A stretch of 64,000 bases of DNA from Nitrospinales bacterium (GCA_965223795.1 CBDCXL010000002.1:960001-1024000); one strand, 5' to 3'. Counted from the first letter of the stretch, positions 9,417-19,971 are shown. Notes: a model not told the origin generated them from the sequence alone. A program made the numbers and translations.

Positions 9417-10223
9417 TCAATCTCCGAAAATCTTGCGGTTCTCCTTGCGGTCTTCCTCTAAAATCTTCTTCCAGTCCCGTTTCAGATACGGCGAGTCCAG
9501 GTAATCCTGATAGATGGTCTTGGCCAGCTCGATGCGGTCCACGCCTTCAGGGGCGACCTGAATGTCCAGCTGGGCGAGCGCCATATCGAAATCGCGGTCG
9601 AGCAGCGACCCCGCATCCATGCCGTACTCCTGCAGCGCCTGCTTGATGGTTCCCGGGTCCTTTTGAAAGCGGTTGGCCACTTCGTTGATGTTCGAAGGCT
9701 TGTATTGTTTGCCGGGGCCGATCCCCAGATGGTAGGCGCAGAACAGCTCGAAAGGATCGAGATCGGCAAATTTTTTGCCGGGCGCACGGCCTTTGTTCTG
9801 CGGCGCGGATGCCCCGGTTTTGGCAGCGCTGTTTCTCGCAGCGGGTCCGCCGGTACCCCGGCCCTCTTTGGACGGATGACGGCCTCTCGACTGGGGATAC
9901 GGGTTCGTGCCGTTTCTCTGCGACCGGTCCTGTGAGTTGCGCTGGCGGCCGCCGTTTTTTCCCGAGTTGTTGTCGTTTTTTCCGGAGGTTTTTTTCCCGG
10001 TGCGGTCGCGCTTGTTGATGATGGGAATGTGCGAGGTGAGCGTCTGCGATGTGGGCGACATCCATTGCTCCACCGCACGCTGGTGGTTTTCTCGGGCCGA
10101 CTGGCCGCGGCCGCGGGAGGGATTGCCGCGGTTGGAAGGCGATTTGGAGGACCGGTTCTGGTTGCGGCCGGTCCCGTCCCGGGATTTGTTGCCGGGACGC
10201 CGGGAATTGCTTGAGTTTTTCAA
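9417..10223 (-). CDS. Hypothetical protein with basic disordered N-terminus and folded C-terminal domain
   Basis: Probable TTG start at 10223 after AAAGAGGAAAGG (ORF open to 10304); R/G/N/S-rich N-terminal half; C-terminal DPFELFCAYHLGI domain. Confidence 0.7.
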   Translation of the reverse strand: MKNSSNSRRPGNKSRDGTGRNQNRSSKSPSNRGNPSRGRGQSARENHQRAVEQWMSPTSQTLTSHIPIINKRDRTGKKTSGKNDNNSGKNGGRQRNSQDRSQRNGTNPYPQSRGRHPSKEGRGTGGPAARNSAAKTGASAPQNKGRAPGKKFADLDPFELFCAYHLGIGPGKQYKPSNINEVANRFQKDPGTIKQALQEYGMDAGSLLDRDFDMALAQLDIQVAPEGVDRIELAKTIYQDYLDSPYLKRDWKKILEEDRKENRKIFGD

Positions 10224-10317
10224 GATGCCTTTCCTCTTTGATAAGAAACGTTCGTGGGGGCCGCCCGATCCTGCGTGATTCCATCGTGTTTCATCATCGG
10301 CCAACCTTGTTGCGTTC

Positions 10318-12126
10318 TCAGTGCGTCAATGTTTCCAGCTGATCCACAAGATCTGAAAATTTCCCGAGCGCCGTGCGCACGGGCTCCGGGGAGGTCATGT
10401 CGACTCCCGCATCCTTGAGCAGCTCGATGGGGTATTTGGAACCGCCGGATTTCAGAAAATAGAGATAATCCTCAAGCTCGGACTGTCCGCCTTCCAGCAC
10501 GCGCTCCGCCAGCGCGTACGCGGCGGAAATTCCCGTGGCGTATTTGTACACATAAAAACTGAAATAAAAATGCGGAATGCGGAAGCACTCGAGGGAGAGC
10601 CTGTCGTCCAGCACGACCCCGCCGCCGAAGTACAGCTTGAGAAGCTCCGTGTACAGCTCCTTGAACGACTCCACCGTCAGCGGCTTGCCGCTTTCCGCGG
10701 CCGCGTAGATGCGGTGCTCGAACTCGGCGAACATGGTCTGCCGGTACAGTGTTCCGCGGAAATTGTCGATCTCCCGGCACAACAGATACACCTTCATGTC
10801 CTTGTCGATGTCCTGGCTCAGCAGATGGCGGGTCATGAGCGCTTCGTTGAAGGTGGACGCCACTTCCGCGACGAAGATGGTGTAGTCGGCGTACAGATAG
10901 GGCTGGTTTTTGCGCGAGTAATGCGAATGCATGGAATGGCCCGCTTCGTGCGCCAGGGTGTAGAGACTGTTGATGGTGTCTTCGTTGTAGTTCATCAGGA
11001 TGAACGGATGCGAGTCGTAGCAGCCGGAGGAATAGGCGCCGCTGCGCTTGCCCTTGTTTTCGTATCGGTCGACCCAGCGGTTTTCGTTCAGTCCTTTTTT
11101 CAGAACCTTCGTGTACGCCTCACCGAGCGGCGCGAGCGCATGCATGATTTTGTCCACCGCGTCGTTGTAGGTCATGCGCCAGTGAAAATCCTTAACGAGC
11201 GGAACGCTGAGATCGTACACGTGCAGCGCGTCGAGCTTGAGCAGGCGTTTCCTGAGATCGAAGTAGCGGTAGAGCGGATCGAGGTTCTCGTGCACGCTTT
11301 CGATCAGGCTGTCGTAAACGTTTTCGGGTATGTTCTCGGAAAACAGCGCCTGCCCCCGCACCGAGGGGTAGCGGCGCGCGCGGGCGTAGAAGATGTCCTT
11401 TTTGATGCTGCTGGAGAGCAGCGACGCGTAGGTGTACTGGTGCTGCTCGTAGGCGGTGTAAAAGGTGTCGAACGTTTCCCGGCGCACGCGCCGGTCGTAG
11501 TTTTGCAGCAGGCTCTGGAAATTGCCGTGGGTGATCTCGACCGGCTCGCCGTTCTCATCGTTGACGCTGCCCAGCTTGAGGTCGGCGTTGTCGAGCATGT
11601 CGAAGCCGTCGCGCGCGGCGCGGGCCATCTCCTGGGACGCGGCGAGCAGGGATTCTTCCTTTTCCGACAGGGTGTGCTCGCGGTATCTGAGAATGCGTTC
11701 GAGGTGGTATTTGTACGGCGCCAGCTCTTTCGACTCCAGAAACGAGTTCATCGTTCCGGCAGGGATTTCCATCAGCTCGGACTGGATGAAGCTTCTCTGC
11801 TGGCTGATCTGGGTGTACAGCTGCATGATCTTGTCGAAATTTCCCTGATGCGCGGTGTTGGTTTTGTCTTCGTCGTTTCTCAGATGCGCGAAGGTGTACA
11901 GCCGGTCGAGCTTGCGCGAGACGTTCATGTCCAGTTCGAGGCAGGCTTTGAGCGCGTCCACGGACTTCCCCAGCCTGCCCTGGTGACTGGCATAGGCCTG
12001 GGCCTCTTTTTCCAGATCGGAAAATTCCGACTGCCACATCTGGCCGGATGAGTACAGTCCGGAGAGGTCCCACTTCGCCTCTTCAGGGACTTCTTCTCGC
12101 GTCAGGGGTTTGACTTTGGCTTCCAT
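10318..12126 (-). CDS. pepF: Oligoendopeptidase F
   Basis: WDLSGLY, GKRSGAYS, AHEAGHSMH (HExxH), AEVASTFNE and FYVYKYATG motifs. Confidence 0.95.
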   Translation of the reverse strand: MEAKVKPLTREEVPEEAKWDLSGLYSSGQMWQSEFSDLEKEAQAYASHQGRLGKSVDALKACLELDMNVSRKLDRLYTFAHLRNDEDKTNTAHQGNFDKIMQLYTQISQQRSFIQSELMEIPAGTMNSFLESKELAPYKYHLERILRYREHTLSEKEESLLAASQEMARAARDGFDMLDNADLKLGSVNDENGEPVEITHGNFQSLLQNYDRRVRRETFDTFYTAYEQHQYTYASLLSSSIKKDIFYARARRYPSVRGQALFSENIPENVYDSLIESVHENLDPLYRYFDLRKRLLKLDALHVYDLSVPLVKDFHWRMTYNDAVDKIMHALAPLGEAYTKVLKKGLNENRWVDRYENKGKRSGAYSSGCYDSHPFILMNYNEDTINSLYTLAHEAGHSMHSHYSRKNQPYLYADYTIFVAEVASTFNEALMTRHLLSQDIDKDMKVYLLCREIDNFRGTLYRQTMFAEFEHRIYAAAESGKPLTVESFKELYTELLKLYFGGGVVLDDRLSLECFRIPHFYFSFYVYKYATGISAAYALAERVLEGGQSELEDYLYFLKSGGSKYPIELLKDAGVDMTSPEPVRTALGKFSDLVDQLETLTH

Positions 12127-12158
12127 AGGGTCCGGGCGGTTTCCTGCCGCTTAGGCGA

Positions 12159-14810
12159 TCAGGAAAGGGCCTGCTGAATCGTCTGCAAATGAACCTTGAG
12201 CTTGGTTTGCTTTTCAGAAAGGGTCTGCTTTCTCTGCCGGTCCTTCTCGATGACTTCGGCGGGCGCCTTATCGACAAAATTCGGGTTGGAAAGCTTCTTA
12301 TCTAAAACTATGATGTCTTTTTCTATTTTTTTCAACTCTTTTTCGACACGGCTTTTTTCCTCGCCGAAATTCATCAATCCGTCCAAAGGAACAATGAGAT
12401 CCATGCCTTCCAGGATCGAGGAGGCCGCCACTTTCGGCTTGACGACGGACTCTCCGGCGGTGAACTGATCGACGCGGGCCAGCTCGCGGATGTATTTGAC
12501 ATGGCTGGAGACGGTGGCCTCCTGCTCGGCGTTTTCGGTCTTGATCAACAGGTTCAGCGTGAGGCCGGGATTCAGGTTCATCTCGCCGCGGATGTTGCGC
12601 ACGCCGGTGATCACATCCATCACCAGCCCCAGTTCCCGTTCCATCTCCTCGTCGCGGCGCGACGGATCGAATTTCGGGAACGGCGCGATCATGATGCTCT
12701 CGCCTTCTTTGGGCAGCTTCTGCCAGATCTCCTCGGTGATGAACGGCATGAACGGGTGCAACAACCGCAGGCTGCTTTCCAGCACGTGAACGAGCACGTT
12801 CTGCGTCGTCGACTTTTGCGCCCCCTCTTTGTACAGCGACGATTTGGACAGCTCGATGAACCAGTCGCAGTACTCGTTCCAGATGAACTTGTACACGGCG
12901 GAGGCGGCGTCGTTGAACTTGAACTGCTCCAGCGCTTCGTTCACTTCGCGGCAGGCGGCGTTGAGGCGGCTTAAGATCCAGCGTTCGGCGGGGCTGAACG
13001 GCACGTCCTCATTCAGCTTGCAGCCGCCCTTGTAATCGCCGAGGTTCATCAGCACGAAGCGCGAGGCGTTCCAAAGTTTGTTGCAGAAATTGCGATAGCC
13101 TTCGATGCGGTCCTCCGCCAGTTTGATGTCGCGGCCCTGCGCGGCGAACGCGGCGAGCGTGAAGCGGAGCGCGTCGGTGCCGTAGGCGTCCATCATGCTG
13201 AGCGGATCGATGACGTTGCCCTTGGTCTTGCTCATCTTCTGCCCTTCCGCGTCGCGGATCAGGGCGTGGATGTAAACGTGGCGGAACGGCACGTCGTTGC
13301 TCATCTTTAGCCCCAGCATGATCATGCGCGCCACCCAGAAAAACAGGATGTCGAACCCGGTGCACAGCACCGAGGTGGGGTAGTAGCGCGCCAGCGATTT
13401 GGTTTCCTCGGGCCAGCCCAGGGTGGAAAAAGGCCAGAGGCCGGAGCTGAACCAGGTGTCGAGCACGTCGGTTTCGGGAACGAGATCGCCGCCGCCGCAC
13501 TTCGTACAGGCGGTGGGGTCCTCGCGGGCAACCAGGATCTCGCCGCAGCCTGTGCAGGTCCAGGCGGGGATGCGGTGGCCCCACCAGATCTGGCGCGACA
13601 CGCACCAGTCGCGGATGTTTTCCATCCACTCAAAGTAGGTTTTTTCCCAGAATTTGGGCACGATCTTGATGGAACCGTCACGCACGGCCTGAATCGCCGG
13701 CTCGGCGAGCGGCTTGGTCTTCACGAACCACTGTTTGGACAGGTACGGCTCGACGACGGTGTGGCAGCGGTAGCAGTGCCCGACGGAATGCAGGTGCTCT
13801 TCGATGCGTTCGAGCTGATCGTTTGCCTTGAGATCCTCCACCACTTTCTTGCGGCAGTCGAAGCGGTCGAGCCCTTTGTAGGCTTCGCCGGCGGCCTCGC
13901 TCATGGTGCCGTCGGGGTTCATCACGTTGACGCTGGGCAGATCGTGCCTCTGGCCGATGTCAAAGTCGTTGGGGTCGTGCGCCGGAGTGACCTTGAGCGC
14001 GCCGGAACCGAATTCCTTGTCGACGTGATCGTCTTCGATGAGCGGGATCTCGCGGCCGACCAGCGGCAGGATCAGGGTTTTCCCTTTGTGCGCCGCGTGG
14101 CGCTCGTCGCCGGTGCTGACGGCGACGGCGGTGTCGCCCAGCAGCGTTTCCGGCCGCGTGGTGGCGATGGTCAGGGTGGTGTCCTCTCCCTTGAACGGAT
14201 AGCGGATGTGGTAGAGATTCCCGCGCACGTCCTTGTATTCCACTTCCAGGTCGGACAACGCGGTCTGGCAGCGCGGGCACCAGTTGATGATGTAGTGACC
14301 CTGGTAGATCAATCCTTCTTCGTACAGCGTGACGAACACTTCGCGCACCGCTTTGGAAAGCCCGGCGTCCATGGTGAAGCGTTCGCGTTCCCAGTCCAGC
14401 GAGCAGCCGAGTTTCTTGAGCTGGTTGACGATGGCGCCGCCGGATTCCTCGCGCCATTGCCAGACCCGTTTCACGAACTCCTCGCGGCCGAGGGTCTCCC
14501 GGTCGGTCCCCTCTTTGTGCAGCTGGCGTTCGACCACGTTCTGCGTGGCGATGCCCGCGTGGTCGGTGCCGGGCTGCCACAGCGTGTTGTGCCCCTGCAT
14601 GCGCCGCCAGCGGATCAGGATATCCTGCAGGGTGTTGTTGAACGCATGGCCCATGTGCAGGGAGCCTGTGATGTTGGGCGGCGGGATGACGATGGTGTAG
14701 GGTTCGCCCTCGGCGTTTTCGTCGGCCCGCGCGAAACGGTTTTTAAGCCAGAAGTCGTGCCAGTGCGCTTCGACTTGCTTGGGATTGTATTTTTTTTCCA
14801 GTTGCACCAT
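12159..14810 (-). CDS. valS: Valine--tRNA ligase
   Basis: PPPNITGSLHMGH (HIGH), KMSKT, DWCVSRQIWWGH, C-terminal coiled coil. Confidence 0.97.
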   Translation of the reverse strand: MVQLEKKYNPKQVEAHWHDFWLKNRFARADENAEGEPYTIVIPPPNITGSLHMGHAFNNTLQDILIRWRRMQGHNTLWQPGTDHAGIATQNVVERQLHKEGTDRETLGREEFVKRVWQWREESGGAIVNQLKKLGCSLDWERERFTMDAGLSKAVREVFVTLYEEGLIYQGHYIINWCPRCQTALSDLEVEYKDVRGNLYHIRYPFKGEDTTLTIATTRPETLLGDTAVAVSTGDERHAAHKGKTLILPLVGREIPLIEDDHVDKEFGSGALKVTPAHDPNDFDIGQRHDLPSVNVMNPDGTMSEAAGEAYKGLDRFDCRKKVVEDLKANDQLERIEEHLHSVGHCYRCHTVVEPYLSKQWFVKTKPLAEPAIQAVRDGSIKIVPKFWEKTYFEWMENIRDWCVSRQIWWGHRIPAWTCTGCGEILVAREDPTACTKCGGGDLVPETDVLDTWFSSGLWPFSTLGWPEETKSLARYYPTSVLCTGFDILFFWVARMIMLGLKMSNDVPFRHVYIHALIRDAEGQKMSKTKGNVIDPLSMMDAYGTDALRFTLAAFAAQGRDIKLAEDRIEGYRNFCNKLWNASRFVLMNLGDYKGGCKLNEDVPFSPAERWILSRLNAACREVNEALEQFKFNDAASAVYKFIWNEYCDWFIELSKSSLYKEGAQKSTTQNVLVHVLESSLRLLHPFMPFITEEIWQKLPKEGESIMIAPFPKFDPSRRDEEMERELGLVMDVITGVRNIRGEMNLNPGLTLNLLIKTENAEQEATVSSHVKYIRELARVDQFTAGESVVKPKVAASSILEGMDLIVPLDGLMNFGEEKSRVEKELKKIEKDIIVLDKKLSNPNFVDKAPAEVIEKDRQRKQTLSEKQTKLKVHLQTIQQALS

Positions 14811-14999
14811 GATCTCTATACAAACTCAGGGTTGTTCTTCTTCACAGGGACGGCAGATTCTAACAGGGAGTCCTCGCGGCACACCATCGTCCCATTGCAG
14901 CGCACGAAGCCATTGCGGCCTCGATTCCGGCGATGGCGGCATGGATGTTCGGTTGTGATTCGATGAGGGTGTCCGTTCACCCTGCGTGACGGCAGCGGG

Positions 15000-17009
15000 T
15001 CACGCGTCTTCCATTTTCTTGATCCTGTCGATTTCCGCTTTGATGACCGCTTCGGCGATTCCTGGTGTGATTTCCCGGACGATCTCGCGTACGGAGCGAA
15101 CGATGGCCGCCGACAAGCCGGACAATTCTTTTTCGACGGATGCGCTGATGGTGTGCTGCAGAATGGTGCGGACTTCCTCGTTCAGCGCTGCTTTAAGTCG
15201 GCTGTCGTCCATTGCGTTCGTCTCCTCCCCTGTTGGCGTTTTTTCTTTGTTCGAATCCGGTTTGACGGGCTCCGGTTGGACCGCTTCCAGAGCGGGTTCG
15301 GTCTCCGGGCCGGAAACCGGTGCTTCCGGCTGGGACGGCGAGTCCGCGGTGTTGCGTGCATTCGTTTCTGTGTCCTCCGCCGATTCAGGCGCGGGGGGTC
15401 TGAAAACCGGAGGCGGGTTGTCCACGGCCTTTTCCTGCCGGGCCGTTTCGGCTGTGGACGGCAGGGGATGGATCACCAGATTGCTCAACAGGTCTTCCGG
15501 TTCGGGTGCGATCGCTTCTTCATAATCCCAATCGCTTTCGTCCACTGTGTCGTCCGCATCCGAATCCCAGGAACGCGGTCTGCGAAAGGAGTCGGTCAAG
15601 GGGTGGAAAACGACATCCAGCTCACCGGAATCCGGTTCCGCTTCATCGCCGATTCCGGACAACACGTCCTCGTCGTCTTCCCAGGATTTCGGCAGCGCCG
15701 CCTGCTGCTCGGGAGGCAGTCCGAGTCCGATCCCGAAATCGGAATCGTCAAACGGATGCGATTCCGCTTCGCTTTCTTCGGAAGGCAGTTCCAGATCGAG
15801 CGTGGGATCGTAATCTTTATCCTCATACGATTCGGGTTCGCCTTTGATCTCCACCGACTGAAACCCGATCCCCAGGCCGGTGTCCGAATCGTCCTGCATG
15901 GACGCGGAATACTTTTTCAACGCGTTGACCGCATCGATGGCTTCATCGATGGCCCGGCTCTCCGGAGAAACGGGGCGGCCGGGCAATTCACTCTCATTCG
16001 TTGATTCCGATTCGTCCTGCGTTGTCTCCGTATTGCCTGTGTCATCGTCTGCGTCCGTACCTGTGGAGTCTTCCCTATCGGCGGACACATGCGGTTTCAA
16101 TTCCTCGCCGGCATCGGCGCGCGGAGGAAGTTCGAAATCCAGGTCCTCTTCATCGGTGGAGAGGGCCACGAGCGGATCCCCGGCGGCGTCACCGGAAAAC
16201 GAAAAATCTTTCACCGGAGTTTCGTTGCTTTCGGTTTCTGCAGCCGCTTCCAGAGGCTTATCCGGCCCGGCCTCCTGCGGCGGATCTTCGGACGCCTCGG
16301 GAGTGTCCGCGGCAGGCGGCGCGTTGGTTTCGCTTTCCGCGTCCGCAATGTGCCAGGGCGCAGGCTCCGATTCCAGATCCTTCCAGGCCGCTTCATCGGG
16401 AGGTTCCCAGGTCTGGACGGGTTCCGTTTTCGGCGCGTCGTCCCAGCCGGGTTCCGCGAACGCCTTTTCGATGTCGGCCTGGGTCCGGGCGATCGTGTCT
16501 TCCTGCGCCTTGCGGGAATCCTTCGCGGCGGGTTCCGCGATCATGTCTTTTTCAGAAAGGGCGAGGATCTGCTCTTCCTCATCGTCGTCGTCCCACGCGG
16601 CATTTCCGCCTGCCCAGTCGCCATCGCGCAGGGTCGCCGGAGGATGCTGCAAAAGCTCTTTGACCTTCTGCACGATGTCGTCGGACTTGAAGGGCTTGGA
16701 GATGTGATCGTCCGCCCGCGATTCGAGGAACAACCCTTCGTTGAAATCCTCAAAATCGCTGGCCAGGAGCAGCACGGACACGGATTGAAACTCGGACGAT
16801 TCCTTGATCCTGCGGCTCAGTTCGAATCCGTTGTAACCGGGCATGTCCACATCGGCCAGCACCACATCCGGAGAAAAATTCTTGAGTCTTTCAAACGCGG
16901 CTTTTCCATTGCCGATGCCTTCCACCACCGCGTCTTCATTCTCAAACGCCATGGCCACGATCTTTTGAATCGTGATCGAATCATCCGCAACCAGAATTTT
17001 CGATGTCAT
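15000..17009 (-). CDS. Response regulator with long acidic/Pro linker and C-terminal helical domain (RomR-like)
   Basis: Receiver domain (VADDS, ADVDMPG, KPF); D/E/P/S-rich middle; C-terminal VREIVREITPGIAEAVIKAEIDRIK. Confidence 0.8.
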   Translation of the reverse strand: MTSKILVADDSITIQKIVAMAFENEDAVVEGIGNGKAAFERLKNFSPDVVLADVDMPGYNGFELSRRIKESSEFQSVSVLLLASDFEDFNEGLFLESRADDHISKPFKSDDIVQKVKELLQHPPATLRDGDWAGGNAAWDDDDEEEQILALSEKDMIAEPAAKDSRKAQEDTIARTQADIEKAFAEPGWDDAPKTEPVQTWEPPDEAAWKDLESEPAPWHIADAESETNAPPAADTPEASEDPPQEAGPDKPLEAAAETESNETPVKDFSFSGDAAGDPLVALSTDEEDLDFELPPRADAGEELKPHVSADREDSTGTDADDDTGNTETTQDESESTNESELPGRPVSPESRAIDEAIDAVNALKKYSASMQDDSDTGLGIGFQSVEIKGEPESYEDKDYDPTLDLELPSEESEAESHPFDDSDFGIGLGLPPEQQAALPKSWEDDEDVLSGIGDEAEPDSGELDVVFHPLTDSFRRPRSWDSDADDTVDESDWDYEEAIAPEPEDLLSNLVIHPLPSTAETARQEKAVDNPPPVFRPPAPESAEDTETNARNTADSPSQPEAPVSGPETEPALEAVQPEPVKPDSNKEKTPTGEETNAMDDSRLKAALNEEVRTILQHTISASVEKELSGLSAAIVRSVREIVREITPGIAEAVIKAEIDRIKKMEDA

Positions 17010-17370
17010 GAAACTGTATCCTTTGGGCTAACAGGTCGTGCCATTGAAGAACCGCCTGAATTCAGCTCCGGCCCTGAATCCGACTTCACGCAATAGGAGG
17101 GTAACGTGTGCAATTTCAAGTTATTATTGTCGTGTTGATTCAATGTATCGCATCTTGGTGCACTCCACAATCAAAAAATCCCGTTGATCTTTTTCGCCAT
17201 AACGTAATTTTCACGGGATCTTCACGGCAATTTCGGGCAGTCCATATTTTCCCGGCGCATTGGGCCCTTTGTCTTTGTTTTATTTAGTGATACTATACAG
17301 CCGACTTATCCGGAGTCTGAAACGGAGCAACGCACCGAAATTTCATTCACATGCAGGCGCTCAAACCCAC

Positions 17371-19365
17371 GTGTCGATCACAACAGCTTTGATCCGGCGG
17401 CCATTAAGAGAATTCGGGGCAGCGTTTGCAGTGCGGCGGCGGATTCCCCTGGCCCGCACCGCACTGTGGCTTGCGTTGTGGTTTGCCGCCCTGCCCGCGC
17501 CGGCTTGGGCGGGCTACATTCAGCTGGACGGCGTCGCGGACGTGAAGACGCGGTACAGCAGCGGCTGCTCGTCCGTTCAGGACATCGCCGAAACCGCGGA
17601 AGGATCGGGGATCGATGTGGTCATCTACAACGACCGCGCCCGCGATTCCCTGCAGTACGGCGTCTTTCCCCTGCGCCGCATTCTGAAAAAAACCGATGTG
17701 CGGCGCTCCGTCCTCAACACCAACGCCACGTTTTATCTCTCCGACATCAAGAATAAAAACGAGCAGTTCCCCAAAACCCTGCTGATTCCCGGTGTGGATG
17801 TCTCGCCGTTTTATTACTGGAGCGGCAGCGCGATCAAAAAAACGCTCGTCGCCCACAACTGGGACAAACGGCTTTCCATCATCGGCCTTGAAACCGGAGC
17901 CAGCCTGGAGCAGCTGCCTCTGCTCAACAGCAATTTTTCCAAAAATTACACGGCACACTTTCAAAATTCCACGATCGGATTGTGTTTTCTGTTTTTCATC
18001 GCGCTGGCGCTGGCGATCAAAGGCTACCACCGCAAGTACGTTTATCCGGTGATGGGATTTCTGGTTCTGCTCATGATCAACTACCATCCGTTCCGCAGTT
18101 CGCCGTTCGATCAATACAGCGGCGACCCGGGGATCGGCCCGTATCAGGAAGTGATCGATTACGCCACGTCGCAGGGGGCGCTGGTGTTCTGGAACGACGT
18201 GGAAGCGGCCGGGGGCAACCGGGAGCGTGGCAGCGTGAAGCTGGAAACGCGGCCGCATCCGGAAGACCTGGTGCTGTCGCGCAATTACACCGGCTTCCAG
18301 GCGGTGGGCGAGAAGCCGGTCGCGATCACCGAACCGGGGAACATCTGGGACCATGTGCTCATGCAGTACCTGCGCGGTGAGCGGCCGCACGCGGCATGGG
18401 GATACGGCGCGAGCGACTACCAGTGCAACGGCGAAACCGGGCCGGTGTTCGGCGCCGTGCGCACGGTTTTCCTGGTGCGCGAAAACAAAAAGGAAGCGGT
18501 GATGGACGCCCTGAAAAACGGTCGCATGTACGCGGTGCGGCAGCCGGGAATGAACCGGCTTTCGCTGGATGAATTCTTGGTCCGCGACAAGGCGTCCGGC
18601 AGGGAAGCCACTTTGGGAGAAGAACTGGTTTCCATCGACGATCCGGAGATCTCGCTCAAGATCCGCTCCACCGGAGAAGCCGGACAGCGCGCGCGGATCT
18701 TTCTCATCCGCAACGGCAAACTCATCAAGCGCGAATCGGTGACGCTGCCCTACGAGCTCACCTGGACCGACAGCAAGGTGGACATGAGCGAGCCGGTCTA
18801 TTACCGGGTCAACGCCAAAGTCAGCGAGGTGGATCACCTGGTGTCGAATCCGGTGTTCGTCCGCTTCGGAAAAATCCCGCCGCAAGTGGCCGCGCAGCCG
18901 GGCAAACCCGAACCCGGCACGGGAGGCAGGGCTCCGGAGCGCCCGTCGCTGACCCGCCCCGAAACACCCAAAGCCCCGGCCGCGACAACGCCGCCCGCTC
19001 CCAAAAGCGCGCCGCCGGAAACGCCGCCTGAGGTGGCGGCCGCCCCCGCAAAGCAGGCGCAAACGCCCAAGGCGCCGCCCACCCCGAAAACACCGGCTGT
19101 CGAAACCGCCAGGCCGCCCGCGAAACCACCGGCTCCCATCGTCACTGCGTCCAGTGGAAAAACGGTGCGTGCGAGAATCGACGGGGTGGCGTTGAAAAAG
19201 GGACCGGGCGCGGTGTTTCCGGTGTGGAAAAAGGTGAACAAGGAAGACGCACTGAAACTGGTGCGGCGCACGTCGGTGCTGTTTCAGGACAAGGTGTGGC
19301 TGGTGGTCGAATATGAAGGGGAAAAAGCCTACGTCTGGGAAGGCCTGGTGACGGTCGAACCCTGA
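17371..19365 (+). CDS. Membrane-anchored PHP-fold-like protein with Pro-rich linker and C-terminal SH3-like domain
   Basis: Signal-like segment ending PAWA; PHP-like pattern (GVADVKTRYSSG, YGASD, DALKNGRMY); two TM helices; PAP-rich linker; LKKGPG...WLVV; start uncertain. Confidence 0.6.
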   Translation: MSITTALIRRPLREFGAAFAVRRRIPLARTALWLALWFAALPAPAWAGYIQLDGVADVKTRYSSGCSSVQDIAETAEGSGIDVVIYNDRARDSLQYGVFPLRRILKKTDVRRSVLNTNATFYLSDIKNKNEQFPKTLLIPGVDVSPFYYWSGSAIKKTLVAHNWDKRLSIIGLETGASLEQLPLLNSNFSKNYTAHFQNSTIGLCFLFFIALALAIKGYHRKYVYPVMGFLVLLMINYHPFRSSPFDQYSGDPGIGPYQEVIDYATSQGALVFWNDVEAAGGNRERGSVKLETRPHPEDLVLSRNYTGFQAVGEKPVAITEPGNIWDHVLMQYLRGERPHAAWGYGASDYQCNGETGPVFGAVRTVFLVRENKKEAVMDALKNGRMYAVRQPGMNRLSLDEFLVRDKASGREATLGEELVSIDDPEISLKIRSTGEAGQRARIFLIRNGKLIKRESVTLPYELTWTDSKVDMSEPVYYRVNAKVSEVDHLVSNPVFVRFGKIPPQVAAQPGKPEPGTGGRAPERPSLTRPETPKAPAATTPPAPKSAPPETPPEVAAAPAKQAQTPKAPPTPKTPAVETARPPAKPPAPIVTASSGKTVRARIDGVALKKGPGAVFPVWKKVNKEDALKLVRRTSVLFQDKVWLVVEYEGEKAYVWEGLVTVEP

Positions 19366-19416
19366 AGCGCCGCGCGCCTGAAAGGATGGGATGGGGTTTT
19401 CCGCCCGCGCCCGGGA

Positions 19417-19971
19417 TCAGCTGTAGGCGTTGACGTTGTTGCCTTTGTCCATGCGGTAAAGGAACATGCTTTTACCGGTGTCGATTTTATCCGGCGTCAT
19501 GTGCCGCAGGCAGAACCGGTAGGACACCACGCGCGCACCGGGCTTGAGCTTGGAGGTGAACGCCGGCAGCAGCTTGTCCATCGCCTGATGGGTCAGGTAC
19601 ACGTACACCACGTCGGCTTCCTGAAGATCGGCCTTGAAAAAGTTTTTGCGCAGAAACCGCACCTGACCGGAAACGCCCGCCCGTTTCGCCAGCCACCGCG
19701 CGATCCACACTTTCAGCGGATCGATGTCGATGCCCACGCCCAGCGCTCCGTGGTTGCGCGCCGCGGCGATGAGCACGCGTCCATCGCCGGATCCCAGATC
19801 GTACAGAGTCTCTCCCTCCTGAATTTCCGCGAATCTCAGAATGTGATCGATGCGCCGCGAGGCCAGCGGCGCCCACGGCGAGCCCCAGATCGCGGGCAGC
19901 AGCACGGTGCCGGCGATGAGCAGGACGGTGGCGAGAAAGAGCGTGGAAGCGAAGGTCGGTAGCATCGGCAA
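19417..19971 (-). CDS. Class I SAM-dependent methyltransferase with N-terminal TM
   Basis: YDLGSGDGR, GIDID and LKPGARVVS motifs. Confidence 0.88.
   Translation of the reverse strand: MPMLPTFASTLFLATVLLIAGTVLLPAIWGSPWAPLASRRIDHILRFAEIQEGETLYDLGSGDGRVLIAAARNHGALGVGIDIDPLKVWIARWLAKRAGVSGQVRFLRKNFFKADLQEADVVYVYLTHQAMDKLLPAFTSKLKPGARVVSYRFCLRHMTPDKIDTGKSMFLYRMDKGNNVNAYS

Noticed and set aside
14811..14999. T-box or other riboswitch upstream of valS
   Set aside because: No T-box consensus; only a short hairpin near 14967-14984
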